In this document: one piece after another, positions 14,395 through 21,598 of the stretch
How positions within the stretch are numbered: the first letter of the stretch is position 1
How the letters are laid out: each line of letters starts with the position of its first letter
Assembly: GCA_043819795.1 (NCBI GenBank)
Contig: JBDREN010000030.1
Location: forward strand, 1-61,130
Source of the DNA: Elusimicrobiota bacterium
GTDB lineage: Bacteria > Elusimicrobiota > Elusimicrobia > UBA1565
Direction: 5' to 3'
DNA length: 61,130 bases
Made by a program: the position numbers and the translations under genes
Notes under the pieces: model-generated
Databases searched by the model: none
Seen by the model: only the letters and a program-made list of their open reading frames with translations
Told to the model about the DNA's origin: nothing

Positions 14395-15476
14395 CGGAGC
14401 GCCTCCCGAACCACCTCGGCCAAGGCGCGGCTGAGCGTCGCGGACGCGTTGAGGGCCTCGGCGCGCGCGAAGCTCACGCCCCGGCGCTCGGCCAGGCCCC
14501 GATAGAGGATGTCGTCGTCGTAGAGCGTCTCCATGTTGTCGGCGAGGAACCCGATCGGCGCCAGCAGCACGCTCCGGACGCCCTTGTCCGCGAGCTCGCC
14601 GATCACCTCGCCCGCGTCGGGCCCGAGCCAAGGATCATCGGCCGCTCCCAAGGCCTCGGAGGCGGGCCGCTCCCCGACGACTTCCGGAGGCGGCATTCCC
14701 TCGGCCGCGCCCACGCCCTCGGAGGCGGCATTTCCTCGGGTTAACCCTCGGTCACCGGAAGGCTCGGTCACACTTCCTCGCGGTAACGCTCGGTCGGTTA
14801 CGCGGCTCGCGCTCTGGTAGGCGAAACGCCAGTCGCCGTACCCGGCTTTGCGCGCGACCGCCCCGGCGGTGGCCTCGATCTGCCGGGAGTAAGGGTCATC
14901 CGCCGTCATAGAGCGCTTGGGCAGACTATGACCGGTGAGCAGTAGAACGGTGCCGGCGCGCATGGCCGCCGGGATCCGCGCGGAGGCTTCGCCGATCCGT
15001 TCGGCGAAGGCCTCGATCAGCAGGGGGTGGTCGCTCCAGCCGCGCACCGGGAGTATCTCCAAAGAAGCGGCCCGCTCGGCGACCGCGCGGGAGAGCGATC
15101 CCATGTAGGCGTCGAAACTCATCGGCGAACGGTATGGCGTCATCGGCAGCGCCACGACCGTTTCGTGGCCCCGCGCCGACATCCGCTCGACCGTGGAGGC
15201 GATGGTCGGCTCCGAATGCCGCATGCCGACGTACACGTCGAAATCGCCCTTCTCGCCGTCGAGCCGCGCCTGCAGCGCCCCGGCCTGGGCCTTGGTGATG
15301 TCGACGAGCGGCGAGCTCCGCCCCATCCTCCGGTAGCGCTCGGCGACGTCCCGGGCCAATTCATCCGGGACGGGCCGGCCGCCGCGGACCGCGCGCAGGA
15401 ACGCCGGGATGTCCTCGAGGCTCTCGGGGGCTCCATACGCCATAAGCAGGACCGCCACACGTCGTGCGCCCATCAT
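14391..15476 (-). CDS. hemH: Ferrochelatase carrying a ~52-aa repeat-derived insertion
   Basis: VLLMAYGAP, VGMRH, GHSLP, YQS...PWLGPD, PIGFLADNMETLYD. Confidence 0.92.
   Translation of the reverse strand: MMGARRVAVLLMAYGAPESLEDIPAFLRAVRGGRPVPDELARDVAERYRRMGRSSPLVDITKAQAGALQARLDGEKGDFDVYVGMRHSEPTIASTVERMSARGHETVVALPMTPYRSPMSFDAYMGSLSRAVAERAASLEILPVRGWSDHPLLIEAFAERIGEASARIPAAMRAGTVLLLTGHSLPKRSMTADDPYSRQIEATAGAVARKAGYGDWRFAYQSASRVTDRALPRGSVTEPSGDRGLTRGNAASEGVGAAEGMPPPEVVGERPASEALGAADDPWLGPDAGEVIGELADKGVRSVLLAPIGFLADNMETLYDDDILYRGLAERRGVSFARAEALNASATLSRALAEVVREALR
14638..14797 (-). repeat. Repeat family 1, in-frame copy inside hemH
   Basis: Modules nearly identical to 45500-45880; encodes DRALPRGSVTEPSG...EGMPPPEVVGERPASEALGAAD. 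Confidence 0.95.
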
Positions 15477-16513
15477 CGAGACGTCCACTCGTGCACCCAG
15501 TCCACGACCGCCCGCACGTGGCCGGGCGGGGTCTGAGGCAGGACGCCGTGCCCCAGGTTGAAGATGTGCCCGGGGCGTCCACCGGCGCGGCGGACCACGT
15601 CCCGGACCGCGGGCTTCAGCGCCCCGAGCGGCAGAAGCAGGTGCGTCGGGTCGAGGTTCCCTTGGATCGCCCGCCCGCGCCCCACGCGCCTCCAGGCCTC
15701 GTCGAGCGGCAGGCGCCAGTCCACACCGATGGCGTCGCCGCCGGCGTCGCGGAAGCTTTCGAGGAAAGGCGCCGTGCCCGTCCCGAAATGGACCGCGGGC
15801 ACGCCGGTCCGCGCGACGGCCCGCAGCACGCGGGCCGAATACGGCTGGACGAACCGTTCGTAATCCGTCTTCGACAGGGCCCCCACCCAGCTGTCGAACA
15901 GCTGGACCGCCTGAGCCCCGGCCGCGACCTGCGCCTTGAGATACTCGGCCGTCACGCCGGCCAGCTTCGTCATCAGGCTTCGCCAGAGCCCCGGCGCGGC
16001 GCGCATCATCGCTTTCGTATGGCGGTAGTCCCGGGAGGGCCCTCCCTCGATCATATAGCTGGCCAGAGTGAAGGGCGCGCCGGCGAATCCGATCAAAGGG
16101 ACCTCGCCGTCGAGCTCCCTGCGCACGGTCCTGACCGTCTCCAGGACGAAGCCCAGCCCCTCTCGCGGATCGGGCTCCCGCAGGCGCTCCACGTCCCGCG
16201 CCGCGCGCACCGGCGGCGTGACCGCGGGTCCCTCCCCCTTGAGGAACGCGAGGCGCAAGCCCATCGGACGAAGCGGCAGCAGGATGTCGGCGAAAAGGAT
16301 CGCCGCGTCCACCCCGAGGAGGCGGACCGGCTGCAGAGTCACCTCGGCCGCCGCCTCCGGGCTCTCGCAGAGCTCGAGCATGGAATATCGCGCGCGCAGG
16401 CGCCGGTACTGGGGCAGATAGCGACCGGCCTGCCGCATGAACCATACCGGGGTCGCGTCCACGGGCTTGCGCCGGCAGGCGCGCAGGAACCTCGTCTCCA
16501 CGGGAATTCTCAC
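15473..16513 (-). CDS. hemE: Uroporphyrinogen decarboxylase
   Basis: PVWFMRQAGRYLPQYR, IGFAGAPFTLASY, QLFDSW, FNLGHG. Confidence 0.97.
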   Translation of the reverse strand: MRIPVETRFLRACRRKPVDATPVWFMRQAGRYLPQYRRLRARYSMLELCESPEAAAEVTLQPVRLLGVDAAILFADILLPLRPMGLRLAFLKGEGPAVTPPVRAARDVERLREPDPREGLGFVLETVRTVRRELDGEVPLIGFAGAPFTLASYMIEGGPSRDYRHTKAMMRAAPGLWRSLMTKLAGVTAEYLKAQVAAGAQAVQLFDSWVGALSKTDYERFVQPYSARVLRAVARTGVPAVHFGTGTAPFLESFRDAGGDAIGVDWRLPLDEAWRRVGRGRAIQGNLDPTHLLLPLGALKPAVRDVVRRAGGRPGHIFNLGHGVLPQTPPGHVRAVVDWVHEWTSR

Positions 16514-16559
16514 GCCTTTATCGTATCATTTTCGCCCGATGGCCACGCGGGGGCCGGGT

Positions 16560-16587
16560 CTTCCTCGCGGTAGCGCTCGGTCGGCCG
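16560..16587 (-). repeat. Repeat family 1, short intergenic copy
   Basis: CTTCCTCGCGGTAGCGCTCGGTCGGCCG, one mismatch to 43917-43944. Confidence 0.8.
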
Positions 16588-16706
16588 CGCGCGCTATTTG
16601 ATATCATGGTGACGTTCGCAGGGAACTGATGGCGTCCTCGTTCGTACAAGAGGGCATGACAACACAAACGAATAGCCGCCCAGCGGCGGCACGCAGGGAG
16701 GACTCT

Positions 16707-17177
16707 ATGGCGGAGGCACGCGAGTTCAAACCGCTCAAGGAAGTCGGCACGATCCCCGTCACTGAATCGTCGGAGGTCCGGTTCTACGTCGACGAGTACA
16801 AGGGCTACCCCTACGCCTCGATCCGGACCTTCGTCAAGCGCGACAACTACGCCGGCCCCACGCGCTCCGGGCTGACGATGAACGTCGGCCTGCTCGGGAG
16901 CGTCCTCGAGGCGCTCGAGAAACTGCCGTCGGAGCCGGAGAGCACGGAAGACGTCGAGCTCGGGCGCTTCCCGAAGAAGACGGGCGTCGAGCTCGTCGTC
17001 CGGATCACGATCTACCAGGACACGACGGGGATCGATTTCCGGGAGTGGGTCGACGACGGCGTCTACAAGGGCTGGTCGAAGCGGGGAGTCCGCATCAGCT
17101 ACGGCGAGCTCGGGAAGGTGAAGCAGTACCTCAAGGAGATGTCGGCTTTTCTGAAGGCGAAGAAGGGAAAATCTTAG
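16707..17177 (+). CDS. Tandem PC4/YdbC-like ssDNA-binding protein
   Basis: Two PC4-like units (EYKGYPYASIRTF...PTRSGLTM; IYQDTTGIDFREW...WSKRGVRIS); GGAGG RBS. Confidence 0.75.
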   Translation: MAEAREFKPLKEVGTIPVTESSEVRFYVDEYKGYPYASIRTFVKRDNYAGPTRSGLTMNVGLLGSVLEALEKLPSEPESTEDVELGRFPKKTGVELVVRITIYQDTTGIDFREWVDDGVYKGWSKRGVRISYGELGKVKQYLKEMSAFLKAKKGKS

Positions 17178-18003
17178 CGGCGACCTTCTCCTCGATCCGC
17201 TTCATCAGCTCCCGCACGAAGGCGCGGTTCTCCCGGCCCTCGAGCATCCCCACGCCGTGCCCGGAGACCGCGCGCAGCAGCCAGCTCTCGCGGTGCCGCA
17301 GGAAGTGGGAGACGACCTCCGCCGACCTGAGAGCGTAGGGGTCGTTGAGCGACGCGGCCATGATCAGGGGCCGGTCGAAGGCGAGGACCGGCTCCCGGAT
17401 GAGAATCCCTTGATAGTCGTAGCCGGGTGAAAGCAGGATCGCGAACGGCACCGCCGGCTGCCGGACCGCCGCCCGCAGCGCCAGGTTGGCGCCGATGCTC
17501 GCGCCCGCGAGGACGACGCGCCGCGGCGGGATCCCCTCCCCATCCAGGAACTTGACCGCCGCGGCCAGGTCCATCTCGATCTTGGCCCAGTCCTCCGGCT
17601 CGTCGAACGTCGTGTAGCGCGGACCGCCGGACTCGCCGTGCCCGCGGGCGTCCAGCGCCAGGCTGCCCCAGCCGCGCTCGGCAAGTAACGCGGAGAACGT
17701 CCCCCATTCGCCGCGGCCCGCCCCGAGCCCGTGCAGCAGCACGAACACCGCGCCCCCCTCGGCCGGAACGTGGAAATCGGCCGCGATGCGGACCTTGTCC
17801 GCGGCCACGAACTCCACGCGCCGCGCCGCGTCTCGCCCGGGTTCCTCGGCAGACGCGTCGGGCTCGCCGGCGGGAGCCGCGGGGAGCCGGGAAGCCAGCG
17901 CCAGCAGAAGACCAAGGGCCCATCCCGCGCTGGGCCGAAATGCGCGGCCTGGATGGGACGAAGGCCCCTCCGGAAGCGGCGGCGATTCGGCTAAAATGTC
18001 CAT
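17131..18003 (-). CDS. Alpha/beta hydrolase, probably exported (start uncertain)
   Basis: LLHGLG, DARGHGES, nucleophile elbow GASIG, C-terminal GHG. Confidence 0.85.
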   Translation of the reverse strand: MDILAESPPLPEGPSSHPGRAFRPSAGWALGLLLALASRLPAAPAGEPDASAEEPGRDAARRVEFVAADKVRIAADFHVPAEGGAVFVLLHGLGAGRGEWGTFSALLAERGWGSLALDARGHGESGGPRYTTFDEPEDWAKIEMDLAAAVKFLDGEGIPPRRVVLAGASIGANLALRAAVRQPAVPFAILLSPGYDYQGILIREPVLAFDRPLIMAASLNDPYALRSAEVVSHFLRHRESWLLRAVSGHGVGMLEGRENRAFVRELMKRIEEKVAAKIFPSSPSEKPTSP

Positions 18004-18468
18004 ATGCGGTGCCTTCGAAGCTGGTGCGCCTCCTTTCTGGCGGGCGTCTTGGTCCTCGGCGCCGGGGCGACACCCGCGGCCGGCCACAACGCCCTCCGGA
18101 ACGCGGCCCTGACCGTGATCGCCGTGCGCCGGACAAGCACGGTCGAGGACCGCCACGCGGCCCTCGGGAAAGCGTTCGACGCCGCCCCGCGGTCCCTCCG
18201 CGATTCCGGGGAGCCCGGGGCGGGACGCCGATCCCTCTCTTCCGATGGGCGCTACTCCGTCCGCCGCAACTGGTTCCCGCCCTCGGGACGTTATCCCGCC
18301 CAAGCCCCGGCCTTCTCGATGCCGGATGTGTCGCTCCCGCCAGCCGCCCCCGGCCCCCTGGACCGCCTCCGGTCGGCGGCGCGAAGCGCCTTCGGGCCCT
18401 GGCGGGCCCTCCTCGAATACGCGTGGGGCGGCGCGTGGACCGGCGCGAGCGTCCTGCGCGCCCGGTAA
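18004..18468 (+). CDS. Hypothetical exported protein
   Basis: Signal-peptide-like N-terminus; TAAAAT 6 nt before the ATG; fills the gap between known genes. Confidence 0.5.
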   Translation: MRCLRSWCASFLAGVLVLGAGATPAAGHNALRNAALTVIAVRRTSTVEDRHAALGKAFDAAPRSLRDSGEPGAGRRSLSSDGRYSVRRNWFPPSGRYPAQAPAFSMPDVSLPPAAPGPLDRLRSAARSAFGPWRALLEYAWGGAWTGASVLRAR

Positions 18469-18551
18469 TTCAGCGCCGCAAGCTCGCCTTGCGGCGCTTA
18501 CACCTCGAGTTATCAAGAATCCCGTCGCAAGGATGCCGTTGCCCTTCCAGC
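18469..18551. repeat. Repeat family 2, copy 2
   Basis: TCAGCGCCGCAAG-N5-CTTGCGGCGCTTA...TCGCAAGGATGCCGTTGCCCTTCCAGC, aligns with 9929-10012. Confidence 0.85.
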
Positions 18552-18559
18552 GCCCGCAG

Positions 18560-19714
18560 CTAGCGCCAGGACTTCTCAGGACGCAGGCGCAGCCGGCCGA
18601 TGCGGAAGCGGTGCAGATTGATCCCGGGCTTCTCCCCGCTCACGAGCTGCGAGACCGTCCGGCCCACGAGCGGCGCGAACATCGGGCCGTTGCCCCCGAA
18701 ACCGGCCGCCACCCACGCGTTGGGCGTGCCGGGCAGCCGGTCGAGCAGGAAATCCCCGTCGGAGATGCGCGTGTAGTAGTGCGCCCTCCCCTCCATATCC
18801 GCGAAATCGGCCAGGTCCGGGATGAAGCCCTTGAGAAAAGCCCGGCACTTCCGCTCATAACCGTCGTCCGGGGGCACCGGCATCGCGGGATTGCGCTTCA
18901 CCGGGCCCTTGCGGTGGCAGCCCATCTTCAGGAAGCCGTGGATGTGGACGGGAAAGCCGTGGACCCCCTTCGCGGCCACCGCGAAGACCGGGAAGTGGGC
19001 CGGCCGGTAGCGCCCCTGGTTCCGGGGCGGCCGGAGGTACAGGCATTCCTGCTGGGTGATCGTCATCGGGACGCCCAGTTCGGAAAGGATCTCTTTGGTC
19101 CACGCGCCGGAGGCGAAGACGTAATTGGCGGCCCTCCAGGTCTTGCCTTTCGCGTCCCGCAGGCCCTGGACGCCGGCCTTGGTCCTGAGGATCTTGGCGA
19201 TCCGGACGCCGGGCTCGAGCCGTCCCCCGCTCTTCTCCACGCCCCGGGCGAAGGTCTCGATGGCCTTCTTCGCCCAGACCATGCCGCCGTCCGGGTGGAA
19301 AACCGCGAAGCGGAACGAGCGCGGCTTGAGCATGCGGTAGCGCTCGCAGACCTCCTTGGGTTTCAGCTTCTCGACCGGGATCCGCATCTCGCGGAGGACG
19401 TTGTAGGAGGCCTCCTCGTAGCGCCCGGGACCGACGGCCAGCTCCAGCATCCCGTTCTGAAGCAGGAGCTCGACGCGCGTATCGTGCTGGAACTGCTTCC
19501 AGAGCGGCTGGGTCCTGAGAGCGAGCTCCGTATAGAACGAGTCCTTCCCATGCGTGAGCCGGAACATGCGGGCGTGATCGTCCGACGAGCCTTGAGGGTT
19601 GGGGATGGCCACTTGGTCCATGACGAGGACCTTATGGCCTCGCCTGGACAGGCAATAGGCGGAGGCGGTCCCGATGATGCCTCCCCCCACGACGATCACG
19701 TCATAAGCGGCCAT
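18560..19714 (-). CDS. FAD-dependent oxidoreductase, monomeric sarcosine oxidase/SolA family
   Basis: YDVIVVGGGIIG, GSSDDHARMFR, GAW, DGDFLLD, GFGGNG. Confidence 0.85.
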   Translation of the reverse strand: MAAYDVIVVGGGIIGTASAYCLSRRGHKVLVMDQVAIPNPQGSSDDHARMFRLTHGKDSFYTELALRTQPLWKQFQHDTRVELLLQNGMLELAVGPGRYEEASYNVLREMRIPVEKLKPKEVCERYRMLKPRSFRFAVFHPDGGMVWAKKAIETFARGVEKSGGRLEPGVRIAKILRTKAGVQGLRDAKGKTWRAANYVFASGAWTKEILSELGVPMTITQQECLYLRPPRNQGRYRPAHFPVFAVAAKGVHGFPVHIHGFLKMGCHRKGPVKRNPAMPVPPDDGYERKCRAFLKGFIPDLADFADMEGRAHYYTRISDGDFLLDRLPGTPNAWVAAGFGGNGPMFAPLVGRTVSQLVSGEKPGINLHRFRIGRLRLRPEKSWR

Positions 19715-19826
19715 ACGAGTGGAAACTCCTATTTTTAAAGAATACAGATTATAACAAATTTGCGGCGGCGGGATTTGCGGGGGAAGCGCCTGGAATCCCT
19801 CGGCGCGTTTTTGTTACCTTAGCTCG

Positions 19827-21440
19827 ATGGGCACGCCCGAGCGACGTGCGGAACAAAACGCGCCACCGTCGTTCCCGACGCGACCCATCGCGATCGCCGT
19901 TCTCCTCCTCCTTCCCGGACTCGCGGCGCGGGGAGGGTCCCTGCGGGTCACCGCCTACGACGCCGAAGGCCGGCTCATGGACGCCGGGGCGCTCCTCCGG
20001 CACATCGCGCCGGCCGCCCGGAAGGAGACCGGCGTCCCTCCGGAAGAAAGCGGCCTTTACCTCACCGACCTCGAGGGCCGCGAGGCTCCCGGCCGGCCGT
20101 GGTGGGTGGCCGGCTCCACGACGCCGGCCTGGGCCTGGGAAGGCGCCGAGCGGGTCCGCGTCAGCATGCCCTGGCCGGTCGCCGAGGACGGCTTCTCGAC
20201 GGTCTCTCTCGACGGGGAGAGCCAAGGCTACGGTGAGGGCCAGAGCATCCTGCTCAACGAGCAGATCGCGCTCTGCGCCTACCGGCACATGCAGGAGTCG
20301 CTCAAGGAGCGGACCACGCGCTGGGAGCCGCGCTACGAGCCGGGTCCGCAGACGCGCGGCCTTGCGGACCGAGCCAAGAACGCGGTCGCGGAAGCGCGGG
20401 CCGCCCGCGCCCGGAGGGAGCAGGCGCGGCTCTTCGATAAGGCTCTGACGGAGATCTCAACCGCCTGGCAGCATATCCTCTTCGAGCACGGCCGGCAGGT
20501 CCTGCGGGACCCGGAACACGGGCCCCGGCTCCGACGGGGGCTTACGCTCGACGAAACGGTCGTGGACCGGATCAAAGAGTACGACTGGATCGCCAAGAAG
20601 GTGGCCGACGCCGGGGCCGACTGGGTGCGCCTTCCCTTCCGGTCGAACCCCGAGGACTTCTCCTACGCCCGGAGGAACTCCTTCAACCTCTACGACAAGC
20701 TCGTGGAGGCGCTGGTACGCAGGAAGGTCCGGGTCATGGGCTCGGTCCTCGACAGCATGCTCTGGCCCGGGGACGTCACGCCCGATCTATACCGGGAGCG
20801 GACCAGCAACCTCGTCCGGCATTTCAAGGACCGCATCCGAAGCTGGGAGATCGCCAGCGAGCCGAACGGGACCTGGCTCGGCGGCGCCGGGGGCCCCCTC
20901 TCCGACGAGACCGTCCTGCTGTCGATACAGAGGGCCGCCGTCGAGGTGAAACGCATCGACGCTTCGCTTGAGACCGTCGCCACCCTCCACTGGTGGGAAG
21001 GCACGGCCCCCGATGCCCGGCACGGGCTGCTCTCCTGGCTGCGCTGGAGCACGCCGCGCGGCTTCGGCAGAGGCATCGACGTCGTGGCCCTCAGCGTCTA
21101 CCCTCACCGCCACCCGCTCGGCCTCGCCTTCGGTCCGGTGTTCCGGGAGTTGCATCGCCTCTTCCCGGAGAAGCGCCTCATGCTCGGGGGCTGGAGCTTC
21201 GGCGACGACGCGAAAAAGGAGTCCCCGGGCTACTGGTGGCTGAAGCCCGGCACCCTGCCCAGAGACATGCAGGATGCGCGCAAGGACCTCGTGGTCCTCT
21301 TCGCCGGGTCCGCGGCGGCCATCCCCGCGAGCGTCGGGGGCGGATTCTTCTGGCCAACGCTCCAGCAGATGCTCCGCCCCGGCCGGAAGACCACGTCCCT
21401 CTACCGCACCTACAAGCGCACCCTCAAACGCCTGCGTTAA
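19827..21440 (+). CDS. Exported glycoside-hydrolase-like (clan GH-A TIM barrel) protein
   Basis: Signal peptide; GADWVRLPF, WEIASEPNG, DVVALSVYP. Confidence 0.6.
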   Translation: MGTPERRAEQNAPPSFPTRPIAIAVLLLLPGLAARGGSLRVTAYDAEGRLMDAGALLRHIAPAARKETGVPPEESGLYLTDLEGREAPGRPWWVAGSTTPAWAWEGAERVRVSMPWPVAEDGFSTVSLDGESQGYGEGQSILLNEQIALCAYRHMQESLKERTTRWEPRYEPGPQTRGLADRAKNAVAEARAARARREQARLFDKALTEISTAWQHILFEHGRQVLRDPEHGPRLRRGLTLDETVVDRIKEYDWIAKKVADAGADWVRLPFRSNPEDFSYARRNSFNLYDKLVEALVRRKVRVMGSVLDSMLWPGDVTPDLYRERTSNLVRHFKDRIRSWEIASEPNGTWLGGAGGPLSDETVLLSIQRAAVEVKRIDASLETVATLHWWEGTAPDARHGLLSWLRWSTPRGFGRGIDVVALSVYPHRHPLGLAFGPVFRELHRLFPEKRLMLGGWSFGDDAKKESPGYWWLKPGTLPRDMQDARKDLVVLFAGSAAAIPASVGGGFFWPTLQQMLRPGRKTTSLYRTYKRTLKRLR

Positions 21441-21523
21441 GGGCGTCTAAGGGCTTTGAGTTTTGTGACTTATTCCTCGCCGCAAGAATGGGTTTAGTCA
21501 CAAAACTCAAAGCCTGACGCCCT
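21440..21523. repeat. Long AT-rich inverted repeat
   Basis: Perfect 19-bp arms 21452-21470/21496-21514 plus outer 8-bp arms 21440-21447/21516-21523. Confidence 0.9.
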
Positions 21524-21598
21524 CCCTAAAGGTCCCTTGACAACCGATTACGCCGTCTTTACACTTTTAATAACCCCTCGACGGAGTGGTATCCGACA

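Noticed and set aside
14638..14797. Intein or intron in hemH
   Set aside because: No C/S...HN splice motifs, too short, and fully explained by repeat modules
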